Both the position numbers and the translations under genes were made by a program. Positions 1 through 9,584 of a stretch of DNA of 43,450 nucleotides are shown piece by piece. The stretch is from positions 1 to 43,450 of the IMG/VR virus record IMGVR_UViG_3300032280_000294. One strand, given 5' to 3'. The notes below the pieces were generated by a model. That model did no database searches and had not been told where the DNA came from. It was given only the letters and a program-made list of their open reading frames with translations. The stretch's first letter is position 1. Every line of letters begins with the position of its first letter. The stretch is from a virus (lineage: Duplodnaviria; Caudoviricetes).

Positions 1-213
1 CTCTTCGGTATTAACAAGTCCTAGAACAATAGGAGATTCATATTTTAATACACCATATTTACCTTGATGTACTTCTACTAAAGTGTCTATTAAATCTCCC
101 AAATCATCATAAGCCTTCCCAAGCGCTTTATGCTCTCCGTATTTTCTTGATTGCCAATGACTGATACGAAGCTGATTTTGTAGCTTTATTAAATTTACAA
201 TTATCTTGTCCAT
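1..213 (-). CDS. Dps/ferritin-like protein of T4-like phages (partial, runs off the left edge)
   Basis: Not in the ORF track. Hand translation from ATG at 213 (TAATG overlap with the upstream gene) gives MDKIIVNLIKLQNQLRISHWQSRKYGEHKALGKAYDDLGDLIDTLVEVHQG. The HW...H...D...E spacing matches the Dps ferroxidase pattern. Confidence 0.7.
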   Translation of the reverse strand, partial: MDKIIVNLIKLQNQLRISHWQSRKYGEHKALGKAYDDLGDLIDTLVEVHQGKYGVLKYESPIVLGLVNTEE

Positions 214-488
214 TACGCGGCGTTAGGAGAAGGGGTAACTGCAGGTGTAGTAGGAGCAGCAGTAGAAGGCAGTACGATCTTATATTGTTTTAAAGCATCG
301 ATAACAGATTGTGGATTGTTTGCCTTTGTTAAAGCCTGTACGATAGGGTGTTGCTGATCATAGACAGCAGGTGTATTTGTTACTGGTTGTGTCCCAGCAG
401 CAGCTGGTGTTGTTGCAGGAGTTGCTGCAGTTTGAGTTGTAGGAGCTACGTCTTCAACAATACGAGCATATAGAGAATCAAATTTCAT
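213..488 (-). CDS. Small Ala/Thr/Pro-rich protein, possible internal head protein
   Basis: 91-aa ORF. N-terminus MKFDSLYARIVED, low-complexity TPA segments, TAAATA 6 nt upstream of the ATG. Confidence 0.6.
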   Translation of the reverse strand: MKFDSLYARIVEDVAPTTQTAATPATTPAAAGTQPVTNTPAVYDQQHPIVQALTKANNPQSVIDALKQYKIVLPSTAAPTTPAVTPSPNAA

Positions 489-554
489 ATAAAGTATTTA
501 AGCTTGTTTCTGGGATTTTATGGTTCTGGGGCCCAAAAGGTTCTTATAATTCAC

Positions 555-1064
555 TTATTGGGTGTCACCGGTTAAATCAACTGGAGATTTTAAAAATATC
601 GAATTTTTATGAATCTTATCAAAAATATCGTAAAGCTGATGTTTTTGAGCAAAGTACTTCAAAGGCTTATTTGTTGTAATCTTCTCCAATGTTCTTTCAG
701 CAGCAACAATAACGTCAGGTGAATTAAAGTTATTTACCTCACACCACGCAATAGGAAGTAACTTAAAAATTTTGTTGAGTACTTTAGTTAGGCCTTTATA
801 TTTGGCATCTGGAACTGGATAATAAACTATTACTTTTGGGTAAGTAGTCTTTGCATCTTTAAATGTTTGTAAGAATTCATTTAAAGTAAAATGATATATG
901 AGCCTAGTAATAAATGTACTATTAGCTCTGTCCTCTTTGTCAAGGTTAATACCCTGCTTTAAACAAAATTTTTGTACCTCTTTTAGAGATTTTAAAAACA
1001 GAGGGTAATAATCAATGAGACAAAGTCTTTTGGAAGGAATTTCTTTAAAGTAGTCGTTATGCAT
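555..1064 (-). CDS. Hypothetical protein
   Basis: 169-aa ORF overlapping the upstream gene by 8 nt. No motif recognised. Confidence 0.6.
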   Translation of the reverse strand: MHNDYFKEIPSKRLCLIDYYPLFLKSLKEVQKFCLKQGINLDKEDRANSTFITRLIYHFTLNEFLQTFKDAKTTYPKVIVYYPVPDAKYKGLTKVLNKIFKLLPIAWCEVNNFNSPDVIVAAERTLEKITTNKPLKYFAQKHQLYDIFDKIHKNSIFLKSPVDLTGDTQ

Positions 1065-1665
1065 TCTTATTGATTAAAGACTCAATTTGTTCGAACGTCA
1101 AGCCATCTTCCTGGGCCTGATGAACTGTTTCATGGAACATTGCATAAATTTCATTAAACTTATCTTCGTATGAAAGTACCTTCTTATGGTTTTCGGCACA
1201 GTAATCTAAATTACTACGAGCCTTTAGGTTCATAATTTCTTCCATGAGTTGTAATTTAGAACCTAGATACCGCTTAATTTTAAGTATGGTACGTATAGAT
1301 GGAGTATAAGAAGCTCGTTCCTGCTCGTTCAAAGGTTCTTTAATCTTATTACCGCTTTCATCAATAATGCCAAGTTTATAAGCTTTGTAATCGGTTATCT
1401 GCTTACGCAAGAAGTTTAAAAGTATACCGTTGTTTATATTTTCGTCTATAGAGTCTGTTAACATTTGATTGTAATTTATTCCGTGTATATGAATTCCATC
1501 TGGCGAGTATCTGCAGCCTTTACCGTAAGATGTCGAACCGCAGTACGAACATTTAGTCGAATCAGTTGCATGAAAATGTAATTTGTTTGCTGAATGCTTA
1601 CAGCCCCAGCCATAAGATGCTGAATTACAATATATACAACGATCTATTGGTTTGATGTAACCCAT
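1057..1665 (-). CDS. Protein with tandem Cys/His repeats fused to a conserved T4-like domain
   Basis: Two repeats of CxYCxSxSYGxGCxxSxxxxHxH. The later AYKLGIIDESGNKIK segment resembles a conserved hypothetical protein of T4-like phages. Confidence 0.6.
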   Translation of the reverse strand: MGYIKPIDRCIYCNSASYGWGCKHSANKLHFHATDSTKCSYCGSTSYGKGCRYSPDGIHIHGINYNQMLTDSIDENINNGILLNFLRKQITDYKAYKLGIIDESGNKIKEPLNEQERASYTPSIRTILKIKRYLGSKLQLMEEIMNLKARSNLDYCAENHKKVLSYEDKFNEIYAMFHETVHQAQEDGLTFEQIESLINKNA

Positions 1666-1670
1666 ATCTT

Positions 1671-2084
1671 TTATTTATGAATATTCTTCGGTGGTGTCCC
1701 TATTCTTACATTAATAATTCCGTTATAGTACTCATCTTTTAATAAAACATCTCTATTGAGCTGTTCTTTAATTTCTTCGTAAGCTAATTCCCATTTTGAG
1801 CTACACGGTTTTATAATCTCAAATTTAAAGTTATCTTTACCATATTTTATAATATCTTCATTTAATGAAGCGGAAGAACTTGTATAATCTCTCCAATCTG
1901 ATTCAATTAACTCTATACGCTTATTCTTTTTACCCTTAAGAGGCTTTCTCTTAAGCTTTCTTTCGCATTGCTTCTTACCAATATACTTTCTATTGTTTAA
2001 TAGATTAGTTATAAGATATATAAATCCAAATGGAGGTTCATTAAGCTGAACATTTTCTGAGAGTACCCAATGACCGAAATCCAT
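1671..2084 (-). CDS. Short GIY-YIG endonuclease (stand-alone, T4-like phage type)
   Basis: GFIYLITNLLNNRKYIGKK motif, ESDWRDY, catalytic Glu region YEE and C-terminal YYN. 137 aa with no extra DNA-binding domain. Confidence 0.85.
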   Translation of the reverse strand: MDFGHWVLSENVQLNEPPFGFIYLITNLLNNRKYIGKKQCERKLKRKPLKGKKNKRIELIESDWRDYTSSSASLNEDIIKYGKDNFKFEIIKPCSSKWELAYEEIKEQLNRDVLLKDEYYNGIINVRIGTPPKNIHK

Positions 2085-2320
2085 TACTTATTTTTCCTTC
2101 TCTTCTTTGTTTTCTTCTTTTTGCTTTTTCTGTTAAACCTCGAAAACATACCACCAAAAATTGATGTAGGTCTTCTTGCATCCCCTGGAGCGTATGTATC
2201 ACCGGATACCTGATTAGGGTTAGCAGTAGCCTGTACACCAGGCCCGAATGCACTGTCAGCACCTCCGGCGACATTATCTTCACCAAGTACCTGCATTATA
2301 AGCTCTTTAAAGTTTAACAT
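2084..2320 (-). CDS. Small protein with basic C-terminal tail, possible internal head protein
   Basis: Likely start ATG at 2320 (MLNFKELIMQVLGED), 7 nt after TAAATA. Ends RKSKKKKTKKRRKNK. Confidence 0.6.
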   Translation of the reverse strand: MLNFKELIMQVLGEDNVAGGADSAFGPGVQATANPNQVSGDTYAPGDARRPTSIFGGMFSRFNRKSKKKKTKKRRKNK

Positions 2321-2335
2321 ACACACATATTTAAG

Positions 2336-2363
2336 TGGTTTTTTTAAAAAAGCATGTTAAAAT
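2336..2363 (+). promoter_or_regulatory. Sigma70-like promoter of the uvsY-uvsW-55-47-glycosyltransferase operon
   Basis: TGGTTT-16 nt-TAAAAT, then 6 nt to ATG 2370. Sits at the divergence point between the two gene arms. Confidence 0.5.
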
Positions 2364-2369
2364 GTGTTA

Positions 2370-2792
2370 ATGCCTGAAGAAAGCAAATTAGATATATCTC
2401 TTTTACTTGAAAAATATAATGAAGAGATTAAGAAGTATGTTACTGTAGATGAGCTAAATATGAAACAAGTTCAGCTTGATTTACCCAACATACGCCATTT
2501 CTGGGTAGGTAAGTTAATGTCACATAAGCAGGAAATTTTAAAACTAAAGAAGCTTGTAAAGCAAGCTCGTACTAAAATTGTAGAACAAATATCGCGTGAG
2601 TCACCTGTTGGTATGCCTTCTAAGTCTCTAGAAGATGCAATAAACAACCACCCAACAATGCTTAGAATTTACGATGAAATAGCACAGCATGAACTGCTTG
2701 TTGAATATCTAGGTAAGGTAGAAACAAATTTTAGAAGTCTATCGTATGATATTAAGAATTTAATCGAGATAGTTAAGCTCGAAACAACATAA
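2370..2792 (+). CDS. uvsY: UvsY-like recombination mediator
   Basis: About 140-aa helical protein ending in the SYDIKNLIE-type motif, directly upstream of uvsW. ATG 2370 preferred over GTG 2364. Confidence 0.7.
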   Translation: MPEESKLDISLLLEKYNEEIKKYVTVDELNMKQVQLDLPNIRHFWVGKLMSHKQEILKLKKLVKQARTKIVEQISRESPVGMPSKSLEDAINNHPTMLRIYDEIAQHELLVEYLGKVETNFRSLSYDIKNLIEIVKLETT

Positions 2793-4240
2793 TGAATGTT
2801 TTAATTGATTACGATACATCTCGAAAGAAAGGTATATTAGTAACTGAATACTTACCTAATATAAGAGAACATTTTTCCGTTGAAGACAAAAACCAAGTCT
2901 TTAAGAGGCGTTTCGCAGTCGGTTATCGTCCATCGGTAAGACAGTACGCTATTACACCTCAAGGTCGTTTTGAGCCGAGATTAGCACCGACAATAATTGA
3001 ACATATACAAAGTTTAGATATACCTTTTAAAATTACAATAAGTGATAACTTTAAAAAGGCATGCGAACCACCTGTCCTTACTAGCGATAAAATTGTTAAA
3101 CTATCTTTACCTCTTCGGGATTATCAAGAAGAGACTATTACTGCTGCACTTATAAATCGAGGCGGGGTTATTGTTTTACCTACATCAGCTGGTAAGACAC
3201 TTGTTATGGCTACACTTGTAAAAAGTATACAAGAACAAAGTAGTAACTGCAAGACATTAATATTGGTTCCAGATCTTCAGCTAGCTACACAGACGTGTAG
3301 TGATTTTATTGAATATGGTATCCCAGAAAGTGAAGTAACTAAATGGACAGGTAGCTGTGAACCTAACCCTGATGCTAATATTATTGTATCAAATATGCAG
3401 ATTCTTCAATCTGAAAAGCAGGATCTATCTATTTTACAAGATGTAGATTTGTTAATTGTTGATGAGGTACACAAAATCAGGCACGGTAATAAAGTTAACA
3501 AAATTATTGATAAGATACCTGCGAAATACCGCTACGGGTTAACTGGTACTTTACCTGATAACAAAATTGATCAATGGAACATTTTCGGTAAGATAGGAAA
3601 GATAATATACAAAAAAGAATCTATCGATCTTAGACAACTAGAGCATATTTCACAAGTTGTAGTTGCGTTTCTTAAGATTACATACACAAACTTACCTAAG
3701 TTTAAGACACCTAATGCTACTAATCCTACTGAAGGGTATGAAGAGGAAATACAATTTTTACAAACAAATAGTTTCAGAAATCATATAATAACAAAAGTAG
3801 TTAATAGTGTTGACAAGAACACATTAGTAATGGTTGATCGTATTGCCCATGGGGAAGAACTTCATCGTGTATTATCTGCTAATACGACTAAGAAAGTTTA
3901 TTTTGTACATGGCGGTGTAGAGATTAACGAGAGAGAAGAAATCCGTCGTTTAATGGAAGAGGAAAACGACATTATATGTATAGCAATATCTAAAATTTTT
4001 AGTACTGGCATTAATATAAAAAATTTACATAATATTATATTCGCAGCAATAGGTAAAGCTAAAATTAAGATCATTCAATCAATAGGTAGAAGTTTGAGAA
4101 AACACGCTAGTAAAAAACGCGCAACAATTTTTGACCTTTGGGATAATCTACGTTATGGCAACTCTCACGCTATTGAACGCGTAGCTCTTTATGAAAGAGA
4201 ACAAATACAATATACAACCACAGAACTTTACGAGCAATGA
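2792..4240 (+). CDS. uvsW: UvsW SF2 DNA helicase
   Basis: LRDYQ, PTSAGKT (Walker A), DEVH, GLTGT, STGINIKNL, QSIGRSLR. Confidence 0.93.
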   Translation: MNVLIDYDTSRKKGILVTEYLPNIREHFSVEDKNQVFKRRFAVGYRPSVRQYAITPQGRFEPRLAPTIIEHIQSLDIPFKITISDNFKKACEPPVLTSDKIVKLSLPLRDYQEETITAALINRGGVIVLPTSAGKTLVMATLVKSIQEQSSNCKTLILVPDLQLATQTCSDFIEYGIPESEVTKWTGSCEPNPDANIIVSNMQILQSEKQDLSILQDVDLLIVDEVHKIRHGNKVNKIIDKIPAKYRYGLTGTLPDNKIDQWNIFGKIGKIIYKKESIDLRQLEHISQVVVAFLKITYTNLPKFKTPNATNPTEGYEEEIQFLQTNSFRNHIITKVVNSVDKNTLVMVDRIAHGEELHRVLSANTTKKVYFVHGGVEINEREEIRRLMEEENDIICIAISKIFSTGINIKNLHNIIFAAIGKAKIKIIQSIGRSLRKHASKKRATIFDLWDNLRYGNSHAIERVALYEREQIQYTTTELYEQ

Positions 4241-4812
4241 AAACACCAAAAAATAACGAAAACCTTGAAGACGATTTTGATGAAATCTTAAAAAATTTAG
4301 ATGAACCTAAAAAGAGATCTACAAAACGTGTTCGTCGTACAAAAGAAGAACTTAAACCCAATTATGTTGATCCTATTGAAATGGAGAGACAAATTAAAGA
4401 GTACTATAAGACAGGTAAACTTGAAAATAGTTTAGCTGATATGATTCAAAAAATTGGTACACGTCTTGGGTATGCACAAAACTTTATTAACTATAGTTAC
4501 AAACAAGAAATGATTGGAGATGCTATTATCAAGATGATGACAGCTCTTACAAGACATAGGTTTAAATGTGATTCAGGATATAACCCTTTTTCTTATTTTA
4601 CAAAAGTTGCATACAGAGCATTTCAAAATAGAATTAAAAAAGAGAAAAAAGAACACGATACAATTCACCGCTATCAAAACGAGGTATATAGTCTCCTCAT
4701 GGAGTCAGGTCAGATGCCTACAAGAAAGAATAGCAGTCGTTTAGATGATGAAAACGAATCATACTACATCGAGAATGAAGTAGTTAACGAAGTCGAAGAA
4801 GAAACAAAATAA
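4237..4812 (+). CDS. 55: Late-transcription sigma factor gp55
   Basis: NYV, NFINYSYKQEMIGDAI, NPFSYFTKVAYRAFQNRIKKEKK signature. Adjacent to gp47. Confidence 0.92.
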   Translation: MKTPKNNENLEDDFDEILKNLDEPKKRSTKRVRRTKEELKPNYVDPIEMERQIKEYYKTGKLENSLADMIQKIGTRLGYAQNFINYSYKQEMIGDAIIKMMTALTRHRFKCDSGYNPFSYFTKVAYRAFQNRIKKEKKEHDTIHRYQNEVYSLLMESGQMPTRKNSSRLDDENESYYIENEVVNEVEEETK

Positions 4813-4813
4813 A

Positions 4814-5866
4814 ATGCTTAATTTATCCGGTAAAAAAATAGCTTGTATATCTGATATACATCTTGGGGTGCATCAAGACTCCCAGCAATGGCATGCTATT
4901 AATATGAAGTTTGTTCGTTGGCTTGACGAAACGTTGAAGTTAAAAAACATTAATGATATTATTATAGCAGGTGATATATTTCATAACAGACATGAAATTG
5001 GTGTTAATACACTTAACCTCGCGAGTGAGTTTTTTAATGTATTAAAAGATTATAACATTGTAGCTATTACCGGTAACCATGATTGTTATTACAGAGATAA
5101 GTCTGATGTTAATTCAATTTCAATTTTGAATAAAGAAAACATGCAAGTGTTCTCAGAGCTTCGTGTTTTTAATTACCGAAATAAAACGATATGTTTTTGC
5201 CCATGGGGTGTTTCGTTAGATCAAATACCTAAGTGTGATATTCTTATCGGTCATTTTGAAATTTTAAACTTTAAGATGAATCATCACAAAGTTTGTGATC
5301 ATGGTTTTGAAACCGAGAGTATCCTGGATAAGGCAGGACTTGTAATATCAGGACACTTTCATTATAGAGAGCATCGCAAATATTCTAATGGACGTTCTAT
5401 TTTATATCTAGGCTCTCCGTTTGAATTAGATTTCGGTGACAGAGATCAAACTAAAGGTATTAGTATATTAGATTTTGAAACAAATGAGATTGAATTTATA
5501 GAAAATACTTTAACACCGAAACATATTAAACTAAGCTTATCATCTCTGCTTGAAGGTAAAATAACTAATATACAGTCTCTTGTACAGGGTAATATTGTAA
5601 GCTTAAACGTCGATACAAAAATGAAATCAGATAGTATTGACACACTTACTACTCGCTTACTACAGTTTAAACCTTTACAGTTCCGTACAGAGTATAATTT
5701 CTTTGATACAGATAACGCACTTGACGAAGAAATTGATCAGTTAAGCATTGATGTTGAAACTGCATTTCACGAATTTATCAATTTACTTTCTACAGACGTA
5801 GATAAAAATATGATAATCAATAAATGTTTAGAGATATATAAGATATCACAAACTACAAATGAATAA
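4814..5866 (+). CDS. 47: Recombination nuclease gp47 (Mre11/SbcD-like)
   Basis: Metallophosphoesterase motifs SDIHLG, GDIFH, GNHD, GHFE, SGHFH, YLGSP. Confidence 0.93.
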   Translation: MLNLSGKKIACISDIHLGVHQDSQQWHAINMKFVRWLDETLKLKNINDIIIAGDIFHNRHEIGVNTLNLASEFFNVLKDYNIVAITGNHDCYYRDKSDVNSISILNKENMQVFSELRVFNYRNKTICFCPWGVSLDQIPKCDILIGHFEILNFKMNHHKVCDHGFETESILDKAGLVISGHFHYREHRKYSNGRSILYLGSPFELDFGDRDQTKGISILDFETNEIEFIENTLTPKHIKLSLSSLLEGKITNIQSLVQGNIVSLNVDTKMKSDSIDTLTTRLLQFKPLQFRTEYNFFDTDNALDEEIDQLSIDVETAFHEFINLLSTDVDKNMIINKCLEIYKISQTTNE

Positions 5867-6716
5867 TAAAATCGGTATAGGTATAATAACATGCGATCGT
5901 CCAGATTACCTCTGGAACTTAATTGAGTCGTTACATGTCAACGAATTAGAAAAATATAACATTAGTGAACTTATTGTTATTGATGATGGTGAAGAGCCAT
6001 TATCTGATAATACAAAGTATGATTTTAGTAATATAAAGATAATCAGACATACACCAGGTCGTCAAGGTGTAGGTAAAACTAAAAACGACGCTATGGAATA
6101 CTTGCTCAAGCAAGATTGTGAACATATCTTTATTATTGAAGACGATGTAAGAATTAAGAACCTTGATGTTTTTAATCAGTATATACAAGCTGCTAAAGCA
6201 TCAGGTATTTCACACTTTAATTACGGACCTGGTACCCCGTTTAACAGAGTACAGACTCAAGTCGGAGATGTACACAATCGTCACTTACTGGAGCAAAATT
6301 CTAAACCTAATCCGCGTTTGATTGTCGATTACAAGGACGTTAAAATTGCTTTATATCAACATATAGCTGGTACGTTTAGTTATTTTCATGATAGAGTTTT
6401 AAAGAAAGTAGGTTTAATTGACGAGCAATTTTACAATGCTTGGGATCACGTTGAACACACATACAGAATTTTAAAAGCAGGATACCATCCTCCATTTTGG
6501 TGGTTTGCTGATTTAGCTAATAGTGATGATTTATTAGAGATCCAATCTGCAGCACTTGAGCAAAGTTCTATTGCTAAATCAGACGAATGGTATAAAAACC
6601 TATACGAAGGAAGAGAAAAGTATAAGAAGCTACATGGATGGTATCCGAATGAGACGCCATCAGTACCTCAAACAAGTGTCGTACAAATTCTTAAAGCACT
6701 TAAAAAAGTAAAATGA
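5859..6716 (+). CDS. GT-A (family 2-like) glycosyltransferase
   Basis: IGIITCDRP, VIDDG, GVGKTKN, IFIIEDD, GLIDEQF. Confidence 0.85.
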   Translation: MNNKIGIGIITCDRPDYLWNLIESLHVNELEKYNISELIVIDDGEEPLSDNTKYDFSNIKIIRHTPGRQGVGKTKNDAMEYLLKQDCEHIFIIEDDVRIKNLDVFNQYIQAAKASGISHFNYGPGTPFNRVQTQVGDVHNRHLLEQNSKPNPRLIVDYKDVKIALYQHIAGTFSYFHDRVLKKVGLIDEQFYNAWDHVEHTYRILKAGYHPPFWWFADLANSDDLLEIQSAALEQSSIAKSDEWYKNLYEGREKYKKLHGWYPNETPSVPQTSVVQILKALKKVK

Positions 6717-8122
6717 ATGATCTAACTCTTATAACGTGTTCGTATAACACCCCTGAAATAACTCTAACGATGTTAAAGTCGTGGATGGGCGTACATGAAA
6801 GAACACAAAAAATTGTTTTAGTAGATAACTCAACTAATGATGAAACTAAGAAATTATTAGATGAAAACTATATCCCTTATATTTACCGTAAAGGTTACTC
6901 ACACGGTGAAGGTGTTAACGAAGCGTTAAAGCTTTGTAAGACAAAATATGCTCTTTTAGTCGATACAGATGTTTTGTTTAAGACTGATCATAGTGATATA
7001 TTTGAACAATTTAAGAAGATGGATCTTACCTTAATGGGTAAGATTGAAGGCGACCGCGGAGGTAAGAAAATCTATAAACGCGTAAATCCTTGGCATTGCT
7101 TTATCAATGTCGAAAATATTAAAAAGCATAATATTACATTCTTTGATAAGAAGAGAATGGAAGATAGTTTTAAAACGGAAAAGATATATGATATCGGCTC
7201 AACATTCTTAGAGGATGTTAAAAAGGCAGGATTAAAGATAGGAGATGTTGATCTGTCAGAGAAATATTATTATCATTTTGAAGGTATGTCTTGGTATAAA
7301 AACAAGTATGACCCTAATCAAGGAGATACCGGAATTGATTTTGGAGGTACTCATAATGTACAGGGATATGTACAAGCATACGATTACAAATACGAAATTT
7401 TTAACAAAGCTAAAAAGATGTTTGATTTAGTTTTTATAAAAAACAAATACATATATAATGACCCTATTCTTTTAGTTAAGTTTCCGACACGTAATCGCCC
7501 GGAAAAATTCTTTAAAGCATTAGATATATATTACAGCTTACTGTCAGGTAAGCAGAATGTAAGATTTTTAATAACCTGTGATACAGACGATATCACAATG
7601 AATACACCTGAAGTTATTGAGAGATTAAAACAATACAATAACTTAGAAATTATATTCGGTAACAATAAGACAAAGATTGAAGCGATTAACTACGGCTTAG
7701 ATAATCAGAAGTTTAATATTATACTTCTAGCATCAGATGATATGATCCCTGTCGTACAAGGTTACGATGATATTATTGTTAATAGTATGTATGAACATAT
7801 ACCAGACTTTGACGGTATACTTTGGTTTAATGACGGTGTACAAGGTAAGAATTTAAATACACTTTGTATTTTAGGAAATCACTACTATAATCGTTTTAAC
7901 TACATATATAACCCTGAATATAAATCTTTATGGTGTGATGCAGAATTTACTGCAGTAGGTAATATACTTGGTAAGCAAAAATATATTAACCAAGTAATTA
8001 TCCGTCACGAACATCATTCTGTAATTGGATCAGGTAATGATGAGCTTTATATACGTAATGAAAAGTATGAAAGCGAAGACAAACAAACTTATATAAGAAG
8101 ACAACAAAACAACTTTGCATAA
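6713..8122 (+). CDS. Two-domain GT-A (family 2-like) glycosyltransferase
   Basis: Domain 1: ITCSYNT, VDNS, HGEGVN, LVDTD. Domain 2: VKFPTRNRP, ASDDMIP, WCDAEFT. Confidence 0.85.
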   Translation: MNDLTLITCSYNTPEITLTMLKSWMGVHERTQKIVLVDNSTNDETKKLLDENYIPYIYRKGYSHGEGVNEALKLCKTKYALLVDTDVLFKTDHSDIFEQFKKMDLTLMGKIEGDRGGKKIYKRVNPWHCFINVENIKKHNITFFDKKRMEDSFKTEKIYDIGSTFLEDVKKAGLKIGDVDLSEKYYYHFEGMSWYKNKYDPNQGDTGIDFGGTHNVQGYVQAYDYKYEIFNKAKKMFDLVFIKNKYIYNDPILLVKFPTRNRPEKFFKALDIYYSLLSGKQNVRFLITCDTDDITMNTPEVIERLKQYNNLEIIFGNNKTKIEAINYGLDNQKFNIILLASDDMIPVVQGYDDIIVNSMYEHIPDFDGILWFNDGVQGKNLNTLCILGNHYYNRFNYIYNPEYKSLWCDAEFTAVGNILGKQKYINQVIIRHEHHSVIGSGNDELYIRNEKYESEDKQTYIRRQQNNFA

Positions 8123-8862
8123 TGACACATTCCTATTACATATTCGTACACGACCCTAATATTATAAATCTTTTAGAAGAGAGAAAAGAATTTCATAACC
8201 TAAAAGATTATCACTATGTTCTATTAACAAATAAGACTTTTGATAACATACCTAATAATGTTATTGTATCAAAAGATTTTGAACTTAATATTGAAAGCAA
8301 TAAAAATTATTTACAGTTTACAGGTTGGTATTGTTTAGCGGCTAACAAGATTCCAAAAACCGATTACGTAACATTACTTGAATATGATGTACGTGTTAAA
8401 GAACATACACAGAGTAGAATTGAAGAAGCTATTAATACAACAGGTTTAGAATGTTATGGTTTTTCACACCTACCGAAAACGAATTCATTTTTAAATGGTG
8501 ATGTATTCTCAAACGGTCTAGCAGATTACCTAACTCATCGCGGTATTAATGTACGAGATATTATCAGCAATGAACTTAACCCCGATTGGATAGTTACATC
8601 AAATGTTACAATAAAAACAGAGAAGTTTTTTAAACTTGTACGATCTGAATTTTTTATTAACTTTTTAAATTATCTCGGTAATAATAAAATGTCCGGGCAT
8701 TTCTTAGAAAGGTTTATAACCGCCTACCTAACAATTAAACAATGGAATTACGGATTTATTGAAGACTGTGTAACTCATTATGCTGTTGATAGCCATAATA
8801 CCCAGAATCGTAATTACGCTTATCAAAAATTTAAAAAGGAACAACTAACAGATCTTATATGA
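8122..8862 (+). CDS. Putative glycosyltransferase-like protein
   Basis: LLEYD acidic motif and GHFLERF (HxxER as in several GT-A-like families). Translationally coupled within the GT cluster. Confidence 0.5.
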   Translation: MTHSYYIFVHDPNIINLLEERKEFHNLKDYHYVLLTNKTFDNIPNNVIVSKDFELNIESNKNYLQFTGWYCLAANKIPKTDYVTLLEYDVRVKEHTQSRIEEAINTTGLECYGFSHLPKTNSFLNGDVFSNGLADYLTHRGINVRDIISNELNPDWIVTSNVTIKTEKFFKLVRSEFFINFLNYLGNNKMSGHFLERFITAYLTIKQWNYGFIEDCVTHYAVDSHNTQNRNYAYQKFKKEQLTDLI

Positions 8863-9584
8863 AAAAAATACTCATATCTTTTGCATCCTCTCCAAAATGG
8901 TATCGTGCACAAAATATACTAGTACAAAGTGCTAAAAGGTTTGGCTTTAATGGTGTAATAAGTTACACAGATCAGAATACAAAATGGGATTTCATAAACC
9001 GTTATAAAGATATATTTAAGGATAGTAGAGGTTTTGGCTTTTGGCAGTGGAAGTCAATTATACTGCTTGATGCCATGAAGCAAGTTCAAGACGGCGATAT
9101 AGTAGCGTATATAGACAGTGGTAACACAATTGTCTCTAATCTAGATTATATTTTTAATAAATGTATCGAAAACGATATTGTACTGTTTGAAAACAGAGAT
9201 GGTAATTATGAAAGAACAACTCATAAAAATAAAAATTGGACAAAAAGAGATACCTTTGAGTTAATGGAATGTACAGATAGAAAATATTACGAAGCCCCTC
9301 AAATAGATGCTTCATATCAGTTTTATAAAAAAGGAGAAAAAGCATTAACGTTTTTAAATGATTATCGCAAGTATAGTGATAATGAAAATATTATTTCTGA
9401 TCTCCCTAATATAACAGGTCCGGAATCATCAGAGTTTATTGATCATCGACACGATCAATCGATTGCATCTTTATTAGCTGTAAAGTATAATATTGAGCTC
9501 TTGCCTGAGCCGTCTGAATGGGGTAATTATCTTATAGATCGTCCGTATAGGCAGCTATTTTGGCATCACCGAGGAGTATTTTAA
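8859..9584 (+). CDS. Putative GT-A-like glycosyltransferase (HRHDQS type)
   Basis: RGFGFWQWK, YIDSG, DHRHDQS motifs, typical of uncharacterised GT-like proteins in polysaccharide loci. Confidence 0.65.
   Translation: MKKILISFASSPKWYRAQNILVQSAKRFGFNGVISYTDQNTKWDFINRYKDIFKDSRGFGFWQWKSIILLDAMKQVQDGDIVAYIDSGNTIVSNLDYIFNKCIENDIVLFENRDGNYERTTHKNKNWTKRDTFELMECTDRKYYEAPQIDASYQFYKKGEKALTFLNDYRKYSDNENIISDLPNITGPESSEFIDHRHDQSIASLLAVKYNIELLPEPSEWGNYLIDRPYRQLFWHHRGVF

Noticed and set aside
2041-2286. Alternative 81-aa minus-strand ORF
   Set aside because: It overlaps both 2084..2320 and the GIY-YIG gene. The other frame has the promoter and the TAATG coupling.
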